The notes under the pieces were generated by a model that was given only the letters and a program-made list of their open reading frames with translations, was not told the origin of the DNA and searched no databases. This document shows, in pieces, positions 29,769 to 38,931 of a stretch of DNA of 64,000 nucleotides. Positions within the stretch are counted from its first letter, which is position 1. Each line of letters begins with the position of its first letter. Source of the stretch: Gammaproteobacteria bacterium (GTDB lineage: Bacteria; Pseudomonadota; Gammaproteobacteria; JACQPQ01); NCBI GenBank assembly GCA_016207405.1, contig JACQPQ010000020.1, positions 7,445-71,444 of the forward strand, written 5' to 3'. The translations under genes were made by a program, and so were the position numbers.

Positions 29769-30523
29769 AAAAGGCGAATGGGTCCAAACTCACCGCAAAA
29801 CGGAAGGTGAACAGCAAACCGATGATGGTCACTAAAATAGTCCTGCACTTCTCCTCTCTCAAAGCAAATTTTGGGATAAATCACTCGGGTCACTAAGTAG
29901 TAGCTGCTACTGATATTGATGTCCTCTTCAACCTCAAATTTATCTTTAAGATAATCTATTAATCGATTTTTTTGAAAGAAAAAATTGTGCTCTCGAATAG
30001 GAATTTCAGATAAACCAAATTGGTTTCTCACTTGATTCATTTTTTCTTGGTTTTCAACGAAGCTCTCAACCATGAGATATAAACCACCCTCATTTAAGGA
30101 GGTGTGAATATGATGTATGGCAAGTTTTTGCAGATCCCATGAAGGAATATTAATGAGGCAGCGGGTTGTGTATATAAGATCAAAAGAGCCCTTCAAACTT
30201 TTAGAGAGAATATCCCCTTCTGCAAAGTCAACATTGGTCGCCCCGCTCGTAAGAAGAACTTTTCTCGTATTGTTAAGCATGGCAGATGAATAATCAAAAC
30301 CAGAGAAGGCTATACTCGGAAAGTGACTCGCTAAACGTGTCGTTGTCCGACCATCGCCGCATCCTACATCGGCTACAGAACTTGGAATGTATTTTTGGAT
30401 GCGTTCACGTAAAATGTTGTATTCTATCTCGCGCAGATAAAAATCTTGTGTGGTAGACTGAGCGCTTGCGTCTTGCGCTGCACGATCTTCCCAATATTTT
30501 TTGACTTCTGCGACATTCATCAT
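29747..30523 (-). CDS. class I SAM-dependent methyltransferase
   Basis: 258 aa with SAM motif I VADVGCGDGR. Confidence 0.6.
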   Translation of the reverse strand: MMNVAEVKKYWEDRAAQDASAQSTTQDFYLREIEYNILRERIQKYIPSSVADVGCGDGRTTTRLASHFPSIAFSGFDYSSAMLNNTRKVLLTSGATNVDFAEGDILSKSLKGSFDLIYTTRCLINIPSWDLQKLAIHHIHTSLNEGGLYLMVESFVENQEKMNQVRNQFGLSEIPIREHNFFFQKNRLIDYLKDKFEVEEDINISSSYYLVTRVIYPKICFERGEVQDYFSDHHRFAVHLPFCGEFGPIRLLCLRKRK

Positions 30524-30627
30524 GTTCTACCCTGCCATGGTATTCAATTGGTTTAAAATCAAGAAGAATATCACACGCTTAGTTTAAATGAATTAAAATT
30601 GGGCGTAACCGGCATCCCTCGCCAATA

Positions 30628-30888
30628 TTAGGCTGCTATGGGCCACTCAACTTTCCCAATAATTGTCCGATGCGGATATAATTTTTCCGTTTGGCGACGT
30701 ATACGATACTGAGTGAATTCATCCCAATCACCGTTTAGAAAAGTGCTCCTGATATCCAACATCGCCTGAGCCCCAACTATCGTCCAACGCCTACCCGCTC
30801 TCTCCAAACGGTCTTTGACAAAATGTCGGCAGGCGCTTATTCGCGGAGTGTAAAGATGGCCTAAATCCATTGACACATTCCAACCCAA
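30628..30888 (-). pseudogene. transposase C-terminal remnant (DDE superfamily, family unresolved)
   Basis: 86 aa of RRWTI...MLDIRSTF-type transposase C-terminus with no N-terminal catalytic part. Confidence 0.4.
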
Positions 30889-31190
30889 AACATAATATCA
30901 CCTAAATATAAATCACCGTGGCCAATGCTATAAGAAAGGGAAATGTCCTCTGTTATCAATGTCTTTAGCTTTATAAAGAACTCTCGATAATTTTCTAAAA
31001 ATTCTCTGCCTCCCAACACCTGTTTCACCAAATCCGTGATTATTTCTAACGCATTTGGTGGAAACAGATGGTTGGCTGCTTGCTGAACTATCCCATAGTC
31101 AATATAAGTAGAAAATAAATTCTGGATTAAACGCTCTAACAAACCAAAATCTGCTTTGGTAACCATGCATCCATCGATGAGTTCTTCCAT
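30861..31190 (-). pseudogene. internal fragment of an APH/choline-kinase-like phosphotransferase gene
   Basis: Brenner-like motif IGHGDLYLGDIMF is present. The fragment is truncated 5' by the IS3 element and 3' by the transposase remnant. Confidence 0.4.
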
Positions 31191-31282
31191 AAAATAAGGC
31201 GGGTTTTCATCTAAGTAAGTTAAGTGACCCCCTTGTCAAGACCACGACTTAAATAATTTTTGGGAGATTTCGCCTTTCAAAT

Positions 31283-32224
31283 TTAATTAAAATAATTGCT
31301 GTTGTGCCTGTGGAATTGTGGACGAGAAGCCAGCGAATGTGGGCAAGTTGTGGGGAACGCGTTAGCGTTATCCATAACTTGTCCACATGTCCCGAAGGGC
31401 GCTGGCTGATCCGAAGGACTCGTCCACACTTCCACAGGCTCCTTATCAATCCTGCCAAAATATACTTCAGCAGGTGTTTTATATCCCAACGATTGATGCC
31501 ATCGTTTGTGATTATAAAATTTAATGTAGGCCTTAATAGCTTTCCTTAGTTCTATAAGGTTCCCGTATTCGTTTAAGTAAAACTCTTCTCGTTTAAAACT
31601 TCTCCAAAATCGCTCAATGTAAATGTTGTCCCTACATCGACCTTTGCCGGTCATACTCACTTTGATTCCGCCCTCTCGCAAAAAATTAACCCATTCCTCA
31701 CCGGTAAACTGACATCCTTGGTCACTGTTGATGATTTCAGGTCTTGCGAGCGTTAATCCCGATTTTAACGCATCTATGCAAAATGTCGTCTCTAATGTGT
31801 TGGATAGAGACCAACCCACAACATATCGGCTATACACATCTATTAACGCGACTAAGTACATAAATCCATGCCTCATCCGTAAGTAAGTGATATCAACCAT
31901 CCAGGCTTGATTAGCCCGGATAATCGGCAAATTACGCAGCAAATAGGGATGTATCGCTTCTAAGTGATTCCGTCTACTAGTGTTCGGACCAGGGTAAATC
32001 GCCCTGATGCCTCCCCAATTCATCAACCTTTGAACCCGTTTGCGATTGACCTGATAACCATAAGCTTGCAGCTCCTTGGTTATACGACGGTACCCGTAAA
32101 AGGGATATCGTTCCCAAATCTCTCGAACCTCGTTCAACAGGCCGATATTATCAACTTTAACCTCTTTCCCTTCATAGTACAGCCCACTCCGGTTGACGCC
32201 TAATAGCCTGCATTGGCAACGCAC
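31283..32224 (-). CDS. IS3-family transposase OrfB (rve integrase core)
   Basis: 313 aa with DDE motif regions and the canonical IS3 OrfB C-terminus. Confidence 0.85.
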   Translation of the reverse strand: MRCQCRLLGVNRSGLYYEGKEVKVDNIGLLNEVREIWERYPFYGYRRITKELQAYGYQVNRKRVQRLMNWGGIRAIYPGPNTSRRNHLEAIHPYLLRNLPIIRANQAWMVDITYLRMRHGFMYLVALIDVYSRYVVGWSLSNTLETTFCIDALKSGLTLARPEIINSDQGCQFTGEEWVNFLREGGIKVSMTGKGRCRDNIYIERFWRSFKREEFYLNEYGNLIELRKAIKAYIKFYNHKRWHQSLGYKTPAEVYFGRIDKEPVEVWTSPSDQPAPFGTCGQVMDNANAFPTTCPHSLASRPQFHRHNSNYFN

Positions 32225-32238
32225 ACTCAGTGCTTCTT

Positions 32239-32559
32239 TTAGATCAATAAGTCCTCGCCTTTGCTCAACTGAAATTTGCCAAAGGCTTTTTTTAAAAAAT
32301 CACGCTCCATGGTGAGTTGACCAATCTTTTCATACAAACTGTTTCTCGTGCGTTCCTGTTGAGCTGCAGTAGTTGCTGATTTATCCGCCTTGCTAAATAC
32401 TTGCGCCCCTTGCTCAAATAACTGCTTCTTCCAAACATGCACTTGCCCAGGAGCTACTTCAAAACGTTGGCAAATCTCATTCAACGTCGTCTCACCCTTT
32501 ACAGCAAGCAACGCAATTTCAAATTTGGCTGTTGCCGACCACTTCTTCTTTTGCCTCAT
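32239..32559 (-). CDS. IS3-family transposase OrfA (HTH)
   Basis: 106 aa with a helix-turn-helix. It ends just after the slippery site. Confidence 0.8.
   Translation of the reverse strand: MRQKKKWSATAKFEIALLAVKGETTLNEICQRFEVAPGQVHVWKKQLFEQGAQVFSKADKSATTAAQQERTRNSLYEKIGQLTMERDFLKKAFGKFQLSKGEDLLI
32287..32296 (-). other. putative programmed -1 ribosomal frameshift site of the IS3 element
   Basis: Minus-strand ttaaaaaaag is an A_AAA_AAA_G slippery motif. The -1 frame downstream stays open and runs into OrfB. Confidence 0.6.
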
Positions 32560-32633
32560 TTCTAACCTCCAAATGAAAGCTATTATCTCTCAAAATTTTT
32601 AATTCGAGTGGTCTGAAAAATGGGGGTCATTAT

Positions 32634-32995
32634 AATCATAACGCCTCATCCCATCAGTTGGACTCACAAACGCATGGGTGTCTAAAACACTACCTGTCCA
32701 AATCCGGCCTGGCGAAAGTCCTCGCTCACTAAAGATGCGTTTACCTTCAGTCACCATCTCAGGGGTTAGGTCGAATCCATAAAGCTCAATACCCAGATCA
32801 GTAATATCTCTTAGAAAAGAAGCTGGTCCACACCCCGCATCTTATGAGCGTCTTCGCTTTAAAGTCTCGCAACAATTGTCGCAAGAGTTCCCTATGAACG
32901 GGTGGATAAGGCGCCTTTTCTCCATAATACTCGTCATAGTAAGTTTTACCCCAGGTTGAATAACATTTTGCAACCGCTTGTTCGTGGACTTTCAT
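32634..32995 (-). pseudogene. SAM-dependent methyltransferase gene, frameshifted and truncated by the IS3 insertion
   Basis: ORF 32798..32995 (YYDEYYG...) continues in another frame as DITDLGIELYGFDLTPEMVTEGKRIF... up to the IS right end at 32629. No downstream remainder exists beyond the IS. Confidence 0.55.
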
Positions 32996-33001
32996 CTTTA
33001 T

Positions 33002-33829
33002 TTAAGTCAAAAACGCCCGAAGCGTAAACTTAGTACTAGGTTCCTGCAATCGCTCTATCTCTAAAGCAGAAAAACCCGCACAAGAAATCAGCAATGCAGT
33101 CGAAACAAAACTAAACACATGCAAGTGATCAATAAAAAATTCTTCTCGTCCGCTCCCTTCGTTTTGCGCCAGCTCTCCATCCGGCAATTCAATATACACA
33201 ATACCCCTACTATTTAAGAAAGATCTCGCCCTACGTAACATCGCCACTGGATCTGCCACATGCTCCAAAACCTTGTTGAAGGTGATGAGATTATAACGGT
33301 CAGACGGAGTTGCCTCAAAAAAGTCACTACACAACGTGGGTATCTTGAGGTAGTCCTGAATGTGCTCCATAGCTTTCGGATCAGGATCGAGCGCAATCAC
33401 GTCATAACCGCGCTTGGCCATAGCATAAGGAAAGACTCCCAAACCAGATCCTACATCTAGTACTCTATAGCTCGCAGGTGTGTGCTTCAGATCACGCTCG
33501 CGCAAAAATGACTCGATGCGATTACAACGACCGGTATTGTCAGATTTTTCAGGATCTAGCGCAATGATGTGTTCGAAGGTTCGATGCATTCCCGCTACAT
33601 CCTGATAGGTTGAGTTATTGTATTCACCTGAATATAAAGCCAACAGCTCCATTTGATGCATAGAATAAAAATGGCCACACACTTCACAGGCAATGATCTG
33701 ACGATGATAGGTGCTTGGCTGTATGAAGTTAAACCCCGTTTCCCCTTCCGGAGGTGACACATACTCAAAAACATCTCGAAATCGAGTGGACCCACAGAAC
33801 ATGCACTGCGTGATAGAACGCTTCTTCAT
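33002..33829 (-). CDS. class I SAM-dependent methyltransferase with N-terminal zinc ribbon
   Basis: CMFCGS...CEVCGH zinc ribbon is followed by SAM motif I VLDVGSGLG. Confidence 0.6.
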   Translation of the reverse strand: MKKRSITQCMFCGSTRFRDVFEYVSPPEGETGFNFIQPSTYHRQIIACEVCGHFYSMHQMELLALYSGEYNNSTYQDVAGMHRTFEHIIALDPEKSDNTGRCNRIESFLRERDLKHTPASYRVLDVGSGLGVFPYAMAKRGYDVIALDPDPKAMEHIQDYLKIPTLCSDFFEATPSDRYNLITFNKVLEHVADPVAMLRRARSFLNSRGIVYIELPDGELAQNEGSGREEFFIDHLHVFSFVSTALLISCAGFSALEIERLQEPSTKFTLRAFLT

Positions 33830-33832
33830 CCA

Positions 33833-34213
33833 TTAACCCTTTGTCATTCTTTTCTCAAGCACTTGGAGATGTTCAAGCGTGTCCATCCAACAGATAATGG
33901 TAAGAGGTTCACTATTCACATATTCCTGAAAGAGATCTTCTTTCCCTCTCTCTACTAATAGAATGAAAAACCGATTCTCCCTGTTCTTCACTAATGCAGC
34001 TCGTAACTGAAAATCTGCAAGACGACCATTTAACGAGGGTGTCGCATAAAACCCCCAGGCTTTACGGGTCACATCATATTCATGCCCAGAACCACTCACA
34101 AAGGTGACTTGCTCATTGGGCTGTAACTCCAGAGTACCGCAGTCTTTAATGACAATTTTTCGGTCATACCCCGCCTCGTATTCACGCGGCGGGTACTTCT
34201 CTTTAAATTTCAT
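33833..34213 (-). CDS. hypothetical protein
   Basis: Start trimmed to MKFKEKYPP to remove overlap with the upstream amidotransferase. No family recognised. Confidence 0.3.
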   Translation of the reverse strand: MKFKEKYPPREYEAGYDRKIVIKDCGTLELQPNEQVTFVSGSGHEYDVTRKAWGFYATPSLNGRLADFQLRAALVKNRENRFFILLVERGKEDLFQEYVNSEPLTIICWMDTLEHLQVLEKRMTKG

Positions 34214-35328
34214 CACCACCTCCAGTCTGGAATTAAAAAGTCTCGAATTTTCCAAATGTCCAGATCTCGGTACCAAATACCCAGATTACGATACCGCTCA
34301 ACAGCCTTAAAAAAACGGTCCTCACTCACACTAATAAAAGCACAGAATTTTTGAATATCCGAAACAGGTCTCTCTTCTCCTCTTTCCTTCAATATCTCCA
34401 GTGCCTGATAGCGAGTTAAGCGCCCATTACGAATTTCGAGCGATAAATTGTCAAAGCTGCGTGTGAACCCAAATTTATACCACTTCATCCAATGGTGAAT
34501 GGAAATAAAATCATCATCGAGATCTGCATAATTATAAATTCCTGTCCGAGGAGAACTCGCTATTTCAAATCCATGTGCCTTGGCAACCTTGAGACTTGTT
34601 TCAACATCCCACTTAAAGTAATACCCCATAAATATGGCTTTAATGTCGCGTTCTTCAAGCTCTTCATCGGTTGGACCAAAATATGAACTTAAATCTTTTT
34701 CAGAAAGTTCAGAATCAATCCAGTCATGTGCTGTTGTTCCATGAGTTACCCCATGCGCGGAAAGCCACTTGCTGTCCAAACGAAATCCCATCAATGCCTC
34801 ATCTGCTCCACCATATTCAAAAGCAGAATTCTCACCCCATACCACAAGTGGAATATCAAATTTAACCGCAATGGAGAGCGGAATGTTAAAAAGAGCCATA
34901 TGCATAGGGATCGCTGTAGCCCCATATTTCTCAAAGGCTTTAAGCAAAAACTTTTTTTCCACCTCTGGATTGACCTGCCAGTCTACGTGGTCAACTCCCA
35001 GCCGTACCAGGTTGTCAAGATTTTTCTGACCAATCGCTGTCCGAACTGGAGTTTTCCAAGTGACTGTCAATGGACGTAGACCATACTCTAAACACTTAAC
35101 GACTTGCCAGGTACTATCCTTTCCTCCACTCACTGGGATCAGACAATCAAATCGGTTAGTCCGTAATTTAACGTGTTCTACCAGCTGACGGAAAGCTTTT
35201 TCCCGCTCATCCCAATTGATCTCTTTTTGCTTCCGCCCACTATTCTTACACGCATTGCATATCCCATCCGCGCCCATTACGATACCTGGCCGAGTGTCTG
35301 GAAGGATACAGCTTGTACACCACCTCAT
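34213..35328 (-). CDS. N-acetyl sugar amidotransferase (PseA/WbuX-like PP-loop ATPase)
   Basis: PP-loop motif PVSGGKDS and an N-terminal Cys cluster are present, and it is adjacent to an AsnB-like gene. Confidence 0.7.
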   Translation of the reverse strand: MRWCTSCILPDTRPGIVMGADGICNACKNSGRKQKEINWDEREKAFRQLVEHVKLRTNRFDCLIPVSGGKDSTWQVVKCLEYGLRPLTVTWKTPVRTAIGQKNLDNLVRLGVDHVDWQVNPEVEKKFLLKAFEKYGATAIPMHMALFNIPLSIAVKFDIPLVVWGENSAFEYGGADEALMGFRLDSKWLSAHGVTHGTTAHDWIDSELSEKDLSSYFGPTDEELEERDIKAIFMGYYFKWDVETSLKVAKAHGFEIASSPRTGIYNYADLDDDFISIHHWMKWYKFGFTRSFDNLSLEIRNGRLTRYQALEILKERGEERPVSDIQKFCAFISVSEDRFFKAVERYRNLGIWYRDLDIWKIRDFLIPDWRW

Positions 35329-37169
35329 AAATTCTGCTCCAAAAAGAACTCTGCATTAATCAGGCTAAACAAAAATTTACTGTAATGATTGGGCAGAACA
35401 TCCTCTTTAAAAAGAGGGGCAACTTTATCCCATTGAACCCATTCAAATACAGAGTTCCGTGGATCAAGTAACTGTGCACATACCTCCTTATTTTTCAAAT
35501 CAAACAGTGAATGGATGGAAGCATTAAAGCCTTTTTTTTGCCGGTCGAGTCGGACTTGATCATTCAGTATGCCATTGACTGACTCCCGCAAAAGATACTT
35601 ACCGTAACCACCACGAATTAAGTACTCTGGAGGTACAGAATACATGAATTCACATAAACGAGAATCCAAATAGGGACTACGATTCTCGACGGAATAGCAC
35701 ATGGAATTAAGATCATCCTCATGAAGGATCACCGGTGTAGCCTCATGAAACAATTCATTTAACATACGATTTCGAAGCAGCGAATCACAAAAATGCACCT
35801 CGCTAAATGCTCCTTGAAAGTGTTCTGAAGCACTAGGTGTCAACCAATCCCAAAATTCCCTGTGGTTATCAAAAACATGATCACGAAAGCCTGGATTTTT
35901 AGCATACAAATCTGGATCACGTAGAATGGGATTTCGCACAAAGCGAGCAATATTTTCCTGCCAGTCCTTCAAACAATCCTCATAACCCGTTCTTCCTCGC
36001 ATCTCGTGCAGGTGCAAAAGAAAATGGTCGTAATAACCCGTATAAAGTTCATCGGCTGCTGTGCCTGAAAAAGCTACTCGATAGCCATTCTGGAAAATGC
36101 TCTCTGAAAGTAAAGAATGAACATAAAAGGTAGTCGTTGCAACCGGAACATCATGATATTCAATCAAGGCCTTTAAGCGCCCTATTCCCTCCTGCTGTGG
36201 GATCTCGATTAAAGTGTGTTTGCAGCCCACATCACGCACCGTAGCCATGATGTTGTTATATTCGTTATATCGTTCATCAGCCTCAATGATCGAAAAGGTC
36301 GCCACATCACAGTTAAATTGCTTGGCAGCAATGGAAACCAACGATGCCGAATCCACACCCCCACTTAAACAGAATGCAAGCGGTACATCAGAACGAAGAC
36401 GAATACGGATACTTTCAAAGAGATGCCGTCTAGAGCCCTCAATAGCTTCCGCAAGCGACATCTTTTTAGGCTCAACTTTTGGCCACCAATAACGTACAAT
36501 GTTTGAATTTAAGCGAGCATCCACCTGCAGTGTGCTCGCATAAGGTAACTCCCGTATCTCCTCAAAAAAGGTTTCAGACTGTTTGTACAAGGATTTGTAA
36601 CCTAAAATAAGATAACGCAAAAGCTGCTTCTGATTCACCTTGAAGCGTTTTCCAGAAAGCGCCTTCAGGGCCTTAATTTCAGACGCGAAATAAAGCCCAT
36701 CGCTCGTTTGATAAGTGTACAAAGGCTTTTCCGAAAAGCGGTCACGGGAAAGTAATAAGTGTTGATTTCGCCGGTCCCAAATGGCAAAACTCCACATCCC
36801 CTCGAATTTTTTGACACAATCAGGACCGTAGGCAAGGTAGGCTTGCAAAAGAACTTCGGTATCAGAAGTAGTGCCAAAGGTGATGCCAGAGCGTTTTAAC
36901 TCTTCCTTAAGCTCAACATAGTTGTATATTTCCCCATTAAATACAACGGTACAATTCCCAATGGTAAACGGCTGATTGGAACGTTCATCGAGATCAATAA
37001 TGCTTAACCGGGAATGCAAAAACAGCACATTTAAGTTCCCATTTTCTGGGAAACTTGAGACATACTCATACTTTTGCACATCGGGCCCACGGTTTTTCAT
37101 CAAGCTCAAGGTCTTCTCGATTTTAGAGGCCTCAATGCTTGAATACCCAATAAATCCTGCAATTCCACA
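35325..37169 (-). CDS. asparagine synthase (glutamine-hydrolysing)-like amidotransferase
   Basis: N-terminal nucleophile MCGIAGFIGY (start trimmed) and the AsnB PP-loop SGGVDSA are present. Confidence 0.75.
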   Translation of the reverse strand, partial: CGIAGFIGYSSIEASKIEKTLSLMKNRGPDVQKYEYVSSFPENGNLNVLFLHSRLSIIDLDERSNQPFTIGNCTVVFNGEIYNYVELKEELKRSGITFGTTSDTEVLLQAYLAYGPDCVKKFEGMWSFAIWDRRNQHLLLSRDRFSEKPLYTYQTSDGLYFASEIKALKALSGKRFKVNQKQLLRYLILGYKSLYKQSETFFEEIRELPYASTLQVDARLNSNIVRYWWPKVEPKKMSLAEAIEGSRRHLFESIRIRLRSDVPLAFCLSGGVDSASLVSIAAKQFNCDVATFSIIEADERYNEYNNIMATVRDVGCKHTLIEIPQQEGIGRLKALIEYHDVPVATTTFYVHSLLSESIFQNGYRVAFSGTAADELYTGYYDHFLLHLHEMRGRTGYEDCLKDWQENIARFVRNPILRDPDLYAKNPGFRDHVFDNHREFWDWLTPSASEHFQGAFSEVHFCDSLLRNRMLNELFHEATPVILHEDDLNSMCYSVENRSPYLDSRLCEFMYSVPPEYLIRGGYGKYLLRESVNGILNDQVRLDRQKKGFNASIHSLFDLKNKEVCAQLLDPRNSVFEWVQWDKVAPLFKEDVLPNHYSKFLFSLINAEFFLEQNL

Positions 37170-37174
37170 CATAT

Positions 37175-38188
37175 TTAAGCGAGATCTCCTAACGTAACCC
37201 ACTCACCGACCTTCAATGAACGAACCAACTTGCGACCAATCAAGCAAGTTTCATCAGCCGGTGGCCTACTGATTGCAGAGCGTACCCATATGAGATGCTT
37301 GCCCTCAAGCGTTGTTCCAACCGGAAGTTCCATGGCTGCTGCAATAGACCGTCGCACAGAAGGTCTTAGTTCCTCTTCACAAGGCTGAGATTTTTTTTCT
37401 CCAGTACCCAATAAAATTTCCACTTGCCGAATAGCATCTACTAACTGACGAAAATCCAAGGGATCTGCAGAAAGAAGATGATCTCGAAAATCAGAATGGT
37501 GTTTATCCAAGGTAAAGTGTTTTTCAATAATTCGCGCACCCGCAGCCACTGCATATGTCGAAGCTTCAATCCCAATCGTATGATCTGAATAGCCAATCAC
37601 CGTATCTGTGAAATGGGCTTTGAGTGTTGCGATGGCACGAAGGTTCGCTTGCTCGCAAGGCACAGGATAATTGGTTACGCAATGCAATAACGCAAGTCCT
37701 GGCAAAACACCTCTTTCCTCCCAAATGTGATGAATGCAGGCATGCAGCCTTTCAATCAGCAACAAATCCGCAAGTCCCGTTGAGACAATCATCGGTTTCC
37801 CAAACCCCGCTACCAGCTCAATCAACGGATAAAACGTATTATCCCCCGATGCAATTTTAAAAATGGGTTGAATGGTATTTAAGAACTTCGCACTCTCCAG
37901 ATCAAGCGGTGTTGAGAAAAACACCACACCCACCCGTTTCGCTAATTGAGCGAGCGATTCAAATTGTTCAAATGACAGTTGAAATTTCATTAACCGCTCA
38001 AAACGACCTGTGTCCTTTCGAGAAATATATAACTCTGGGATAAATGTTTGAAACTTAACCGCATCGGCACCCGCTTCAGCTGCACGTCCAACCATTTCTT
38101 GGGCAAGCGTAAAATCTCCCTCGTGGTTATTGCCGATTTCAGCAACAATCATCACTTTATCATCTAGATTGATATTTCCGATTTGCAT
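37175..38188 (-). CDS. NeuB-family nonulosonic acid synthase (PseI/NeuB/LegI-like)
   Basis: IAEIGNNHEGD TIM-barrel motif and a C-terminal antifreeze-like domain are present. Start trimmed to MQIGNINL. Confidence 0.75.
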   Translation of the reverse strand: MQIGNINLDDKVMIVAEIGNNHEGDFTLAQEMVGRAAEAGADAVKFQTFIPELYISRKDTGRFERLMKFQLSFEQFESLAQLAKRVGVVFFSTPLDLESAKFLNTIQPIFKIASGDNTFYPLIELVAGFGKPMIVSTGLADLLLIERLHACIHHIWEERGVLPGLALLHCVTNYPVPCEQANLRAIATLKAHFTDTVIGYSDHTIGIEASTYAVAAGARIIEKHFTLDKHHSDFRDHLLSADPLDFRQLVDAIRQVEILLGTGEKKSQPCEEELRPSVRRSIAAAMELPVGTTLEGKHLIWVRSAISRPPADETCLIGRKLVRSLKVGEWVTLGDLA

Positions 38189-38931
38189 TACAAATCCCTC
38201 ACCCAACCCCCACTATGATAATGCAAGACATACTGTGCCCCCGTTAGGCGAAAACCGAGAGCTTCATATAAACGCACCGATGAGATATTCGCCGCTTGGG
38301 TACCCACCTTCATTCGCTGAGGCTTCCGATGATCGCCTGAACCGTAACAAGATGCATAAGAAATGAGCTCTCGCCCAATACCCTGCCCTTGATAAGAAGG
38401 ATCCACGCCTATTAAATCAATCACAAGAATGTCTGATTGCCAAAACAATTGTAAAAATCCAACAACCTGACCAGCTCGCTCTGCCACCACCATGCCCTCT
38501 CCACGCTGGCCAGTGAAATAGTTGTTGGCCCACTCCGATTTAATAGCATTCGCTGTTTCAGTCGAGATCATGGGATCAAGATGGAAACGAGAGTATTGGA
38601 AGGCAGCTGCAGCAATACGAACCACCGCATCACGGTCAGCGGGAACTGCAAACCGCAGGTTTGCGTTGACCTCTCGCGATTGAATTCCACCCTCAAAAGT
38701 CAAGGCCAAATCGACCACCCGAAATCCCAAATCGTTTAAACGCCAGACTGTAGCAAGAAGGGAAGCTTCAACCTTGGCATAAGCAAAAATGGGTAATGAC
38801 GACTCTAAAAGCGATAAAGACTCACCTCCAACAGCCTCCTCGATCCGCCAAGCTTCACATCCTAATTGTTGAGTTAACCAGTTGTCTGGCTTAAGGTACA
38901 GTAAAAGAGGCTGAATAACTTTAGTGTTCAC
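38188..38931 (-). CDS. GNAT family N-acetyltransferase (PseH-like by context)
   Basis: GNAT motif A QGQGIGRELI is present. Confidence 0.55.
   Translation of the reverse strand: MNTKVIQPLLLYLKPDNWLTQQLGCEAWRIEEAVGGESLSLLESSLPIFAYAKVEASLLATVWRLNDLGFRVVDLALTFEGGIQSREVNANLRFAVPADRDAVVRIAAAAFQYSRFHLDPMISTETANAIKSEWANNYFTGQRGEGMVVAERAGQVVGFLQLFWQSDILVIDLIGVDPSYQGQGIGRELISYASCYGSGDHRKPQRMKVGTQAANISSVRLYEALGFRLTGAQYVLHYHSGGWVRDL

Larger units (their letters stand above)
31225..32629 (-). mobile_element. IS3-family insertion sequence, about 1.4 kb, apparently intact
   Basis: Terminal inverted repeats are TGACCCCCttgtcaagACCAC (31225-) and GTGGTctgaaaaatGGGGGTCA (-32629). OrfA and OrfB sit in a -1 frame arrangement with an A-rich slippery site. 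No matching flanking target-site duplication is present. Confidence 0.8.

Noticed and set aside
34492-35385. Plus-strand ORFs overlapping the amidotransferase genes (34726..35079, 34769..35029, 35173..35385)
   Set aside because: They lie antisense to CDSs that carry strong family motifs (PP-loop SGGKDS) and have no independent support.
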